NCBI GenBank assembly: GCA_002269645.1
Contig: NIVC01002731.1
Location: 62,001 to 126,000 of the forward strand
From: Macrostomum lignano
Lineage: Eukaryota
Direction of reading: 5' to 3'
Length of the DNA: 64,000 bases
The number at the start of each line of letters is the position of its first letter. The stretch's first letter is position 1. The notes below the pieces were generated by a model. It saw only the letters and a list, made by a program, of their open reading frames with translations, had not been told where the DNA came from and searched no databases. Positions 51,423-63,489 of the stretch are shown here, in pieces. The position numbers and the translations under genes were made by a program.

Positions 51423-53097
51423 GAGGGCGAACGCACTCGCGTCCTGATAACTGGAGCCTCCGGCCTTCTTGGCCGAGCTGTCAATCATGAGCTGCAGCAG
51501 CACAAAGATCAATTCGAAACCCTGGGCCTGTGCTTCTCTCGCCAGATCGAAGGCCTGACCCAGTGCGATCTGACCTCAATTGAGGACACTCTGCGCATTG
51601 TCACGCAGAGCAAGCCGCATCTGGTTGTTCATTGTGCAGCCGAGCGGCGCCCGGATATTGTTGAGAAACAGCCGGATAGGGCTAAGCAGCTCAATGATGG
51701 AGCTACAGAGAGGCTGTGCCAGCTGGCTGAGGAATGCGGGGCTACCATGCTGTTCATCAGCACCGATTATGTCTTCGACGGCAAGAACCCGCCGTACGAC
51801 GAGAAAAGCAAGCCGTCGCCTCTCAATGCCTACGGCGAAAGTAAAGTCAGGTAACTTCTGGCAAGGCTATAGATTGATAGGTGTATTGATAAGGTTGATA
51901 GATGTGTTGATAGGTTGATAGATGTATTGATAGGGTTGATAGATGTGTTGATAGGTTGATAGATGTATTGATAGGTTGATAGATGTATTGATAGGTTGAT
52001 AGATGTATTGATAACTTGATAGATGCACTGATGAATTGATATATCAGTTGATAGCTTGATTGACAGGTGTTGTCGTTCTTTCAATCCACTATTTTCTTTT
52101 GTGTCAACCCGTCGCTAATCGTTTTTTGCTTTCCATTTCCCCTTTGTCTCATTCCCAAACCTTTTTTTTGAAAATTTAAACTAGATTGAAGATTTTAATC
52201 CCTTAATTTTTCTAGACAAAATCAAGACCTTCGTGAGCTTAAATCGCATAAGCTCCAGACCGTCACGTCCCCACGCAAACCCAGGAAAATATTTTTTTTT
52301 CAATTTTTCACCGAAAGCGTCACTTTTTGAAAGCCGGTTAAAATGGTTAAATGTAAAAGACTGCCCTATAATTGAATTTTCGCCCTTTTAAATAAGATAC
52401 ATTGTTTAGCAGCCTTTCAGCACCATAAAAATGCATTCAAACATTCTTAAACAAGCCAAATTTTTTTCAAAAACCTTTCGAACTCTTGCAATGCAGTTTA
52501 GAATGTTTTACATTTTCGCGCGAGTTTGAAAACATATTTAGCTATCCCATCCACTAGTTATAAAGATTTCGATACATATCGGCTCCAATATCATCCAATG
52601 CATTGCTTTGAAAATCAATCAGATGCGAACAGGAGGTGCTCCGCCGGCGCCGGAATCTGGTGCTGCGGGTGCCAGTGCTGTATGGGGATACCGCCGATGT
52701 GAACGAATCTGCTGTCACGTGCCTGTTCGCCCTGGTGAAGGCCGGTGTGCCATGCACCATCGACCACATCGCCAAGCGCTATCCGACCCATTGCGCCGAT
52801 GTGGCCAACGTAGTTCGCCACCTGTCGCTCAGGGCCGGTCGCATCGACGGCGGAGTTTATCATTTCTCTGGCAACGAGTGCTTGACCAAGTACGAGATGT
52901 GTCTGGCCATGGGCCGTGTGTTTGGGCTGAGCACTGACCACGTGGCTCCGCAGGTGGAGCCGGACTCGAGCGCCACGCTGCGCCCAGTTGATGCCAGGTT
53001 GAGCTGCCAGCGACTGGAGGCCACGCTGGGACCCGAGGCTGTTCAACGGCGAAGCTTTGAGGAGGGCATTCGCCAGTGCCTGGCCAAGTTTGTGTGA
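51423..53097 (+). CDS. MAT2B: Methionine adenosyltransferase 2 beta subunit / RmlD-like SDR; exons 51423-51850 and 52623-53097, start exon not located
   Basis: RVLITGASGLLG Rossmann motif, HCAAERRPD, ISTDYVFDG, YGESK, LRVPVLYG, RYPTH, FSGNECLTKYEM. The splice join in phase 2 gives SKVRCEQEVL. Confidence 0.85.
51880..52062 (+). repeat. 20-bp minisatellite (ATAGGTTGATAGATGTATTG)
   Basis: Tandem copies are directly visible. Confidence 0.85.
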
Positions 53098-53767
53098 CAA
53101 TTCAGGTGAATCTGACGCATCAAATGGTGACAGGATCAGTTTTCGATACATATCGGGAGACTCTTTGTCGTAGTTTGCTTAGCCTGGTTTTTTGGTGATT
53201 TGTTTATTACTTTAATAACTTAACCATGTCAATAACATACTGCTTGTAGTAGTTGAAAAGTAGTTTGATTTCTTAAATTTGTCAAACCAGTTCCTATAAT
53301 ACGCTCCTTATTATGATTCCATAATTAATTATGCCACACATGCTGACCAGCTGCTTAAAGCCCATTGACCGGTTAATTGAAATTGATTTTAGTTTTCACT
53401 TAATATTTTCTGGCTGCTCTTCTCAGCAATAATATCTATATTTCTGTTTTTCATTACTGCCTGAAATAATAAGCGCTTTGATGCCTGCCTATCAAATGAT
53501 TTACACATTGGAGCCTTCTTAACAAGCTTCAGTTAAAGCATTAAAACTAAGAAAAATTTACTACTTACTATCCTTTTTGGGGTTTAAATTAAAAAAAATA
53601 CTTCAAAATGCGCACTCACCTACTTTCCAACAGTTTTCAGTAGAGAATAGCGTAAAATGCTTTATTTTCTCGGCATATAACAAAAAAAGTTTATTTGATC
53701 TGAATAGCTGCATGATTTTAAGAAGTTTTAGGTCCAGAGGAAAAAACCGGAGTTATTAGTTCCGTTA

Positions 53768-56518
53768 TCAAACTCCCTCGCAGCTCCATCGCTGCAGACG
53801 AGGATCAAATAGCATCAGAATTGGCTGTTTAGCATAGCGACACGGCTGCGTCAGGCTGAGCGTCAGGTTCAGTCCCGGCTCGCCGTAGTGGCCCATGAAA
53901 GTCATGGCCAGGGTGACCTTGCAGGGCAGCGATTGCGGCAGGCGCACCTGAAACTCAGTCGATCGAGCGCAGGTCCGCCTGTCGAAGTCTCCGAGCAGAA
54001 TCTCTTTGGCTTCTCTATTGCCGTCTTGGACAAGGTGAACCGACAGCTTCTGGAACACCGTGGCCGGTGTGTTGTCGGCTTCGACGCAGCCGAATGTGGC
54101 CACCAGTGCCGATTTGTCGCCCTTCTCGTCGCCTGTCGGTTGGTGAACATCGACGCGAAGTCGACGACGTAGCTGCCAGGCGGGCAGTTGGATGCCGAGG
54201 CGGCTGCAGACGCGAGTCATGAGCTCGTCTGTCCGGCCGTAAATGCGCAGGCTGCTCAGGGAGTCCAACGGCGTATTCTGGGCAGGACGGAGTTGGGGAA
54301 ACTGTGGGGGAACTGCATCCAAGGGCGTGAGGCTTATCTAAGGCCTGAGGTTTATAATCTAGAGGTAGATGTAGACACATCGTACATGAAAACTATAGGA
54401 TCTTCATTAATGTACATGTACCTCTAAGGGAATCGTCTATGGTCTGAGATGTCACTAGGGTATCCTTTAGAGTCTGAGGAGGTACATGTCTATGTACGTG
54501 TATCTGTGGCTGTAGTATGTGCTAGGGTCTGGGGTGTCTGTGATATGTGCTAGGGTCTGGGGTGTCTGAGGTATGTGCTACTAGTAGGGTCTGGGGTGTC
54601 TGTGGTATGTGCTAGGGTCTGGGGTGTCTGTGGTATGTGCTAGTAGGGTCTGGGGTGTCTGTGGTATGTGCTAGTAGGGTCTGGGGTGTCTGTGGTATGT
54701 GCTAGTAGGGTCTGGGGTGTCTGTGGTATGTGCTAGTAGGGTCTGGGGTGTCTGTGGTATGTGCTAGGGTCTGGGGTGTCTGTGGTATGTGCTAGTAGGG
54801 TCTGGGGTGTCTGTGGTATGTGCTAGTAGGGTCTGGGGTGTCTGTGGTATGTGCTAGGGTCTGGGGTGTCTGTGGTATGTGCTAGGGTCTGGGGTGTCTG
54901 TGGTATGTGCTAGGGTCTGGGGTGTCTGTGGTATGTGCTAGGGTCTGGGGTGTCTCATGTGCAACCTGGGCGCACCCTCACCTGCAGGTTGCAGATGACC
55001 AGCTTGGCGCCTCTCTCGGCCGCCTCCTCCGGCATGTTGGCCGCAGGCGTGACAGTCAGGGAGGAGCCGAGGCAGAGGACCAGATCGGCGGCGTGGCAGT
55101 GCTCGAATCCCATTCGCATCGGCTTCTCGGGCAGGGATTCGCCGAAGTTCACGACGCTGTCGAGCAGCGCGCCAGAGCAGACTGGGCAGGCTCGGCCCGT
55201 CTGGTGCTCGTGCACTTTACCGCTGGTGCGCACGTGAAAGTCGCGCAGGTACTGGAGACCGCAGCCGGAGCACAGCTCCAGGTTGGAGTTGCCGTGCAGC
55301 TCGGCAAGGCGGTCCGGCGGGAATCCCGACCTGCGGTGCAGGCCGTCGCAGTTCTGACTGATGAGCAGTTTGAGGTGGCCAGAGTTGGCCAGGGCCACCA
55401 GAGCCATGTGGGTTGGGGTCGGCATTGCGCTGGTGGTGCTGACTCCGCGCGGGGCCTCGCGCCCCTGAGTGCGCCTGGTCCAGACGCCGTCAGGGCCGCG
55501 AAAGTCTGGGATGCCTGGATTAACGAATAAACAAAATTGCGTTTTATAAAGATCGCTATCGATACATATCGGCAAAATAAAACTTTTTATGCTCACAATG
55601 TGAAAAAATGATGCTTGGCGCCAATTCTGATGCTAGTGAGTGGCGCCAACTCTGATGCTAGTGAGTGGCGCCAATTCTTATGCTATAGTGAGTGGCGCCA
55701 ATTCTGATGCCAGTGAGTGGCGCCAATTCTGATTCTATTGAGTGGCGCCAATTTTGATGCTAGTGAGTGGCGCCAATTCTGATGCCAGTGAGTGGCGCCA
55801 ACTCTGATGCTATAGTGAGTGGCGCCAATTCTGATGCCAGTGAGTGGCGCCAATTCTGATGCTATTGAGTGGCGCCAATTCTGATGCTAGTGAGTGGCGC
55901 CAACTATGATGCTAGTGAGTGGCGCCAATTCTGATGCTATTGAGTGGCGCCAATTCTGATGCTAGTGAGTGGCGCCAACTATGATGCTAGTGAGTGGCGC
56001 CAATTCTGATGCTAGTGAGTGGCGCCAACTATGATGCTAGTGAGTGGCGCCAACTATGATGCTAGTGAGTGGCGCCAATTCTGATGCTAGTGCAGAGTGG
56101 CGCTAAATCTGATTGAGAGTACAGTAAACGCAGGGACTACTCAAACACCGGGACGGGAAACTAAAATTGTTTTACGAGGCTGGCTGGCAATTATTTTCAT
56201 TAGAGAGATGCTGTGTTACTTTGTTGTCTATGGTTATTTTCTACTGCTGATGAGTAGACCAGCCTCGTAAAAAAATCCTAGTTTCCCGTCCCGGTGTTTG
56301 AGTAGTCCCTGAGTAAACGTAAAAACACAAACTACAGAATCTGAGACATGGACATCGCGCTCACCAGCAGAGGTGCTGATTCCAGCGCCTGTGAAAGCCA
56401 CAAAGTGCTTAGCCGATCGGATTAATTCGGCCAACTGATCCGCCTGAGCATTGAGCACCTCGTCTGTAGAATTTTGCTCCTTCAACTGTTCGGGATCTTT
56501 GTGCGCGCTGAATGCCAT
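53768..56518 (-). CDS. Class IV sirtuin (SIRT6/SIRT7-like NAD-dependent deacylase), 3 exons: 56518-56365, 55514-54982, 54277-53768
   Basis: FTGAGISTSAG|IPDFRGPDGVWT, PTPTHM, SQNCDGLH, ELHGN, two CxxC zinc pairs, LGSSL, NLQ|NTPLD; GT-AG introns with matching phases. Confidence 0.9.
54520..54955 (+). repeat. 28/31-bp minisatellite (GTGTCTGTGGTATGTGCTAGGGTCTGGG) in sirtuin intron 2
   Basis: Tandem copies are directly visible. Confidence 0.95.
55612..56100 (+). repeat. 25-bp minisatellite (GTGGCGCCAATTCTGATGCTAGTGA) in sirtuin intron 1
   Basis: Tandem copies are directly visible. Confidence 0.95.
56131..56311. mobile_element. 181-bp MITE with ~50-bp TIRs and an 8-bp TSD (AGTAAACG), P-element-like ends
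   Basis: CAGGGACTACTCAAACACCGGGACGGGAAACTA at 56131, with its reverse complement ending at 56311. TSD at 56123-56130 and 56312-56319. Confidence 0.9.
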
Positions 56519-56959
56519 GATGTTGGTAAAACACTGAGTTCAGTTGAGAATTTGATTTTGCTTTTGTGCTTGAAGCTCATCTCCAGCCGGAAGGGCTTTA
56601 TACACGAAAATTTACTGTCTAGCCTCAATTGCGCCATTCTGAGTCAGACTCACCTGACCAGACCAGACCCTAAAACGTACGGAGTACGTGGACACGGGAC
56701 TTGCGAGGCATCAGGGGGGGTTAGAGGTTTGCACTTTCAGTTGAGCTATTTTTAGCTATAAGGATTCATTGTGTACAGGCTACAGCAACACGACCCTGTA
56801 CTAACTGCAGTACATTGTCGCTGAGAATACATAACAGAGTGCTTTTCTGCACACGCCTTTACCTATAAATGGATCTAGAGATAATGACAAACAAATTAAT
56901 TGGCATGATTAAATTGCTATGAGTAAGCTAGTGGCAAACTGTTTCACAGATTTGAAACT

Positions 56960-58095
56960 TCTAGGTCGTGGGGGTGTCTTCTAGGGTGTGGGGTATCTTC
57001 TAGGGTGTGGAGTGTCTTCTAGGGTGTGGGGGTGTCTTCTAGGTTGTGGGGGTATCTTCTAGGGTGTGGGGATGTCTTCTAGGGTTTGAGGGTATCTTCT
57101 AGGGTGTGGGGTGTCTTCTAGGGTTTGAGGGTATCTTCTAGGGTGTGGGGATGTCTTTTAGGGTTTGAGGGTATCTTCTAGGGGGTGTCTTCTAGGGTGT
57201 GGGGGTGTCTTCTAGAGTTTGAGGGTATCTTCTAGGGTGTGGGGGTGTCTTTTAGGGTTTGAGGGTATCTTCTAGGGTGTGGGGGTGTCTTCTAGGGTTT
57301 GAGGGTATCTTCTAGGGTGTGGGGGATGTCTTCTAGGGTTTGAGGGTATCTTCTAGGGTGTGGGGTGTCTTCTAGGGTTTGAGGGTATCTTCTAGGGTGT
57401 GGGGGATGTCTTTTAGGGTTTGAGGGTATCTTCTAGGGGGTGTCTTCTAGGGTATGGGGGTGTCTTCTAGGGTGTGGGGGATGTCTTTTAGGGTTTGAGG
57501 GTATCTTCTAGGGGGTGTCTTCTAGGGTGTGGGGGTGTCTTCTAGAGTTTGAGGGTGTCTTCTAGGGTGTGGGGGTGTCTTCTAGAGTTTGAGGGTATCT
57601 TCTAGGGTGTGGGGGTGTCTTTTAGGGTTTGAGGGTATCTTCTAGGGTGTGGGGGTGTCTTCTAGGGTTTGAGGGTATCTTCTAGGGTATGGGGGTGTCT
57701 TCTAGGGTGTGGGGGTGTCTTCTAGGGTTTGAGGGTATCTTCTAGGGTATGGGGGTGTCTTCTAGGGTGTGGGGATGTCTTTTAGGGTTTGAGGGTATCT
57801 TCTAGGGGGTGTCTTCTAGGGTATGGGGTGTCTTCTAGGGTGTGGGGGATGTCTTTTAGGGTTTGAGGGTATCTTCTAGGGGGTGTCTTCTAGGGTATGG
57901 GGGTGTCTTCTAGGGTGTGGTGGTGTCTTCTAGGGTTTGAGGGTATCTTCTAGGGTGTGGGGTGTCTTATAGGGTATGGGGGTGTCTTCTAGGGTGTGGG
58001 GGTGTCTTCTAGGGTATGGGGGTGTCTTCTAGGGTGTGGGAGTGTCTTCTAGGGTGTGGGGGTGTCTTCTAGGGTGTGAGGGTATCTTCTAGGTT
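56960..58095 (+). repeat. ~20-bp G-rich minisatellite (TCTTCTAGGGTGTGGGGGTG)
   Basis: Tandem copies are directly visible. Confidence 0.95.
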
Positions 58096-58364
58096 GTGGG
58101 GTATTTGTTCTAAGGTGTTGAGTAGTTTCGGGAGCTTAGCGGTAGACACGCCTGACTAGCTGTTGCGTCACAATCCACGGTTAGATTTCGTGCGCAGCCG
58201 TATTCATTGATCTATTAAACGATGTACATGAATGTATCAAGGACTACTAGACTAGCCTAGGGTTCCTAGTGGTCATTGTAATGCATACAAGCTATATAAC
58301 TATTACACAGAGGGCACGACAAGGGTAATTACGAGTCTAAACAACAGTTGACAAAAGAAAAATC

Positions 58365-59335
58365 GCCTGCCAGCCGATCGCGACGCCGAACAGCGAGTTC
58401 CTGGAGCGAGCGGAGTTTCTGAGGCTGGGCAACATCAGTCCTGTATACTGCTACACTGACGCCTCGGTGAGCTCGGAGCTTCGCTGCCTGTGGCTCTGCG
58501 TGCAGCGCTGGGAGTGCCGGGCCGTCCTGTTCAACCGGGCCAGCGGCGCCTTCAAAAGTCACTGATCTGCTCAAGCAATAATCAGCCAGCAGAGGCATCG
58601 CCAACGGAGGGGACAGGGGGAACATGTCCCCCTCCCAGTAAAGTATGCGGGGACATGCGGTGCTAAAATGAGTGCCTGCGGTGCTAAAATGAGTGCCTGC
58701 TGTGCTAAAATGAGTGCCTGCGGTGCTAAAATGAGTGCCTGCTGTGCTAAAATGAGTGCCTGCGACGCTAAAATGAGTGCCTGCGGTGCTAAAATGAGTG
58801 CCTGCGACGCTAAAATGAGTGCCTGCGGCGCTTAAATGAGTGCCTGCTGTGCTAAAATGAGTGCCTGCGACGCTAAAATGAGTGCCTGCGGCGCTAAAAT
58901 GAGTGCCTGCTGTGCTAAAATGAGTGTCTGCTGTGCTAAAATGAGTGCCTGCGGTGCTAAAATGAGTGCCTGCGGCGCTAAAATGAGTGCCTGCGGCGCT
59001 AAAATGAGTGCCTGCGGCGCTAAAATGAGTGCCTGCGGTGCTAAAATGAGTGCCTGCGGTGCTAAAATGAGTGCCTGCGGCGCTAAAATGAGTGCCTGCG
59101 GCGCTAAAATGAGTGCCTGCGGTGCTAAAATGAGTGCCTTTGGCGCTAAAGTGATCGCTGAAAACACAGATTTTGAAGACAATGTACGAGTACATGTGGA
59201 ATTCTTGGCTTTGTCCGCCCCCAACCATAAAATCCATGGCGACGACACTGCAAGCCAGTGATTGACAGCTCGAATGACAGTCCGATCCATCAGCAGCTCT
59301 CCGCCGATGTCCAGGCACACACAGTGTATCCGGTT
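58365..59335. pseudogene. Rearranged pseudogene of the 60269-60973 lectin: 3' half on the plus strand (58365-58550), 5' part on the minus strand (about 59160-59335), separated by a satellite
   Basis: Plus strand reads CQPIATPNSEFLERAEFLRLGNISPVYCYTDASVSSELRCLWLCVQRWECRAVLFNRASGA. Minus strand reads CLDIGGELLMDRTVIRAVNHW. Both closely match the intact gene. Confidence 0.8.
58660..59150 (+). repeat. 21-bp minisatellite (GCTAAAATGAGTGCCTGCGGT)
   Basis: Tandem copies are directly visible. Confidence 0.95.
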
Positions 59336-60268
59336 AGCTGTTGGGGCCTGAGATGCATTCATTTTGCCACTGCTGGCAATTCTCAGTCACAACGCTCTTC
59401 TATTTGCTAAAAAAGGGGTTGCTCCTACAATAAAAGCCCGTGGAAGGCTGGTAGCAGATCCGGAAATGCGCATTTATCAGACTTGATGGAATTTAAGCAT
59501 GAAGCGAGTTCTGTTGAACAAAGGCAAACAGCAAGCAAGACAAACTTCACGGGATTTGCTAATTTTCTCCTGTGTCAATACATTTAGAATAAACAGCTAC
59601 CGTTGTCATGACTGCATCTAGCGATAGATTTTCTATATTTGATTAAATATGCTCAGCAACATCGAAAAGTCGCCATCACAGATGATTCCGTCTGTGGTCG
59701 CCACTTTTGAGAGTGCAGGTACGAGCGTAAAGTCTCTTAATCTAAGCGAGTGACTCAACTCTGCAGCTACGCCACAGCAGACTTGAGTTTTTGCGAGGGT
59801 TGGACGGATTAAAGCTACCCCGATTCAGTTTTCTCGTATCTTTTACTTCAGAATAGTCCAAGAGAAATTTCTCACAGAGAAAGTCGCATAGAGTGGCGAC
59901 TTTTCAATTTTGCTGAGTATAAATAATAAAAAACATTTTTGGACGAATTGAGACACCAATCGAACACTTCTGTTGTGTTCACACGCAATCCGCTCCTACT
60001 TACAAAAGCGTCTCAAATTTCTGTTGTGCCAAATAATATCAAAGAGAAAAGATCAAATCCGGTGTTGCAATGCGTTGAATTTTCTGTATTTAAATATTAA
60101 ATTGGGTCAGAGCCTTGATAAACAAAAGCCAAGATTACATTCTCAAGCAAGAATGAAGGACTGCATCAGGCTTTAAGAATAAAAGGCTTTATAGCTGAAC
60201 TGAATTAGGGTGGCTAGGGATGAATTCATTCTGTAATTTTTACTCCCACTAAACTCCAGCTTCTTTCT

Positions 60269-60973
60269 TCAGTACTTCTTGACGAACTTGGCCCAGCTCG
60301 GGTCGGTCTCGATTGCGTCGCCGACGCTCGAGTCAGCGAAGTCCAGCATGCGGCAGGCGCCGCTGGCCCGGTTGAACAGGACGGCCCGGCACTCCCAGCG
60401 CTGCACGCAGAGCCACAGGCAGCGAAACTCCGAGCTCACCGAGGCGTCAGTGTAGCAGTAGACAGGACTGATGTTGCCCAGCCTCAGGAACTCCACTCGC
60501 TCCAGGTACTTGCTGTTCGGCGTCGCGATCGGCTGGCAGACGAATGTGTTGTCCCAATTCGGTCGTCTGTCCCGCAAGCCAGCTTTGCTGACCCCTACAA
60601 AGTCATCATCTTCAAATTCGTTGTTCGGCAAGCCGGACAGCCAGTCGCTGTCATCCAGTTCAGGAAACAGCGAGCCGTTGGCGAATCTCCAGCCGCTTCG
60701 AGACCTGCCCGCCTCAGCCAGGAGGTCCGTCACTCCGATCAAATAATAATCAATCCAGTGATTGACAGCTCGGATGGCAGTCAGGTCCATCAGCAGCTCT
60801 CCGCCGATGCCCAGGCACAGTCTGGCTGCGTCGCACCAGCTGGAAACGCTGGTGTTGTTGCCGATGTAGACGCAGCTGCCCAGCCTGTCGATGAACGGAG
60901 CGATGCAGTGACCGGAGGCGGTGGCAATCAGCACTGCGATCAGAGCCGGCTGAATCATTGCTGCAGCTACCAT
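60269..60973 (-). CDS. Secreted C-type lectin + C-terminal PAN/apple-like protein, single exon, 234 aa
   Basis: Signal peptide. CLECT motifs GSCVY, SWCDAARLC, LIGVTD, WRFANG, WLSGLPNN, FVCQ. PAN-like RCLWLCVQRWECRAVLF...C. Confidence 0.8.
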   Translation of the reverse strand: MVAAAMIQPALIAVLIATASGHCIAPFIDRLGSCVYIGNNTSVSSWCDAARLCLGIGGELLMDLTAIRAVNHWIDYYLIGVTDLLAEAGRSRSGWRFANGSLFPELDDSDWLSGLPNNEFEDDDFVGVSKAGLRDRRPNWDNTFVCQPIATPNSKYLERVEFLRLGNISPVYCYTDASVSSEFRCLWLCVQRWECRAVLFNRASGACRMLDFADSSVGDAIETDPSWAKFVKKY

Positions 60974-62259
60974 TGACTCAGCCTGGCTTGGCTCTTCGGC
61001 TTTATGCAGCTCAAGGGTGTCTGAGAAGCCTATTTACAGTCGTCTAGATATCTTAATGCATTTTGATCCGATCAGCCAGTTAGGCTGCTGCTAATGCGAG
61101 CAGCTGTCCCTTCATTGGCCATGAACCCTTTTGGTTATCAAAAAAACAGGTGAATATTACGGGAAAACTCAGCAAAGAGGCCTCAATGCCTACTCTAACC
61201 CATGTTTAAAATTATCAAATAGTCAACTGTACAATTCAAGTACCCATCTTCTGCTATTATCCATAGCTACTTAGCTCCTGTGTTTTCTGTAGCCATGGAG
61301 ACTGTAGATGACAACTCCGTATAGCATCCTATAGGATTTAGCGATCAGGGTAATTTTCTTTTAGGTTAGGGTTGGCAATCAATTCATGGCAGTAGTGCTG
61401 ATGATGATACAATGTAAGACTAGATGATAAAATATTTTAAAAAGCGGGACTAATAAAATGACGTGATTATTTTGATCATATTTATATTATCCAGGAATAC
61501 TAATTAAAGTAGAGCAATAGGAGTTTTGATCTCGGTCCAATAAAGAACACAAAGGAACTAAGCTGGCGACAGCAATGTCGCTTGTCTAGAAAGTGTCATC
61601 GGTTTATGACTCATCGGTCTATATCGTTCGGAAACAAAGCCTCGTTTACTCGTAACACTTGCAGCGGATATTTTTCGTCTGATTGAGTCAGCCAGAGAAT
61701 TAGGATTATCCTTGAAGATTCTTTCAGCCTGCTCAGTTGAGATCGGCAGAGAAAGAAAAACTAAGAGTAGAAAACGAATTGCCCCTATCCAGTGCCGTAG
61801 TTTTGAATAGTCTCATTGTCAACTCCACACTTTATGTTTTATAGGGTGGAAAAGTTTGTTTTGAGGATGTAATCGATGCTTCAACTAAGTCCTTTAATGC
61901 AGATTGATTTTGAAAATTTACTCAGAGTTGTAGTTGTTCTACTAGTACAAGGGTATAGATATGAAAGAGTACAAATTTTGAGCCAGTCCGATGGTAAGCT
62001 CGTTCAACACTCCCGACGTCCGCTAACACATCCGTGACGTAATCAACATAGATGGAAGATCATGTAGCTTTTTAAAAATTGCATTCGAACCAAAAGTTGA
62101 GTTGCTCTGTGGATGCTAGACAAACAAACGAAATAATAGTATGGCCAGTATTTAACAGTGCGGATGGTAAGAGCTAGCGAATAGTCAGTAAAAAGTTGTC
62201 TACAGTAATCTCAGCTACTCGGCGTACTTTTCTGGTGGCGACTGCTCAACCTCGGTCAG

Positions 62260-63356
62260 CTAAATCAGCTGTATGATGGCATCGGACAGCCAGTAGACCC
62301 CTGGACTAGCTTTATTCAACCGGATTTCCACGCGGTTGTCACCCTGTTTATAATAGGTTGAGTCAATGCGGAACTCCTGCCAGCCGAAGTCGTCTCTCGG
62401 CGTCAGAGCGTAGGCCTGCAAAATGTAGGCGATTAATTGCCTGGTGCAGCTGTAGTTGATCCAACTGCAACTGTCAGATAAGAGTTTGGGATCTGAGGGC
62501 ACAATTATTCAGTAAAAATCATGCAGGTACATGTAGACTATACAATAGGTATTGTAAGCACTGGAAAAGTCTAGACCGGGGCTATCCAGCCAGACCGGCT
62601 GATGCATTGTTCTGCATTTTGCCAACTAACCTGCTTGCTTGCTTGACTATAAAATAAACTGTCTTGAATAATTTGCGGTACAAAGAATTCTGAGATGTGA
62701 GCCTCACACGATCGAAATAGGGCCTTTGGAGGCCAGTGTGTTAGAAATCTTTCTGGCATGTGAGCAGAAGCCACTGACAATAGAAAAAAATTTCATAGGC
62801 AGCTATCATTAGATTCCTCTTTCAATAGATTCTATAAAAACCCTGCTGTTGCTGAAACTACAAACAGGTAGTCGAACGCTTTCTACGTCGATGTCCGTGG
62901 ATCCAATTATGCTCCTCTACCACCTTGCTTGAACTGCTTGAATTGCTTGAATTCCTTAAAGCTGGAGTGTCTATATATAAATTTTATTTGAGTCGAGCTG
63001 AAAGAATTAACGAATGTTTTTCGAATCTTCCCGAACTTAATCTTTTTGTTTTTGTTTAGTTCAGTGATGGACAGATGATCTGCAGTTCCTACCTGCATCA
63101 GCGTATGACCATTCATAGCGATGTCAATCAGACCATCCGATGTTGTCCTACAATGGTTTAATCTTAACACAACCAGCGAAAAATTTGAGTCAGATGGTAT
63201 CACAAACTCTAGCGTTACTTTGCTGGCGTCCGGTATAGTAAACACCTGGTACGGTCTATCGGGTCGATAGTAATTCGTCAATTCGACATTGCGGAACTTG
63301 GCTCCCTGAACGGTCTCTTCGCTGCAGTCGAAACTAGCAATCTTTTGCCTGGACAT
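62260..63356 (-). CDS. Unknown 139-aa protein, 2 exons: 63356-63093 and 62415-62260; predicted beta-rich
   Basis: Donor CAG|GTAGGA and acceptor TTTTGCAG|GCC join in phase 0; non-repetitive composition with alternating hydrophobic strands. Confidence 0.65.
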
Positions 63357-63489
63357 TGCGGTCAATTTTGCTTGAAAACTTAAAAACGTTACAGAGATTT
63401 AATTTTTTGTAGATGGGCACGATTGCTCAAGTCTTTTTAGGGTTCAGATTAATTTTAGCTTGTAAAAATAGTTTTCAAGGGTTTGCTCG

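Noticed and set aside
56960-58095. Telomere-like or functional G-quadruplex array
   Set aside because: The unit is not TTAGGG; it is one of many G-rich minisatellites here, with no specific evidence of function
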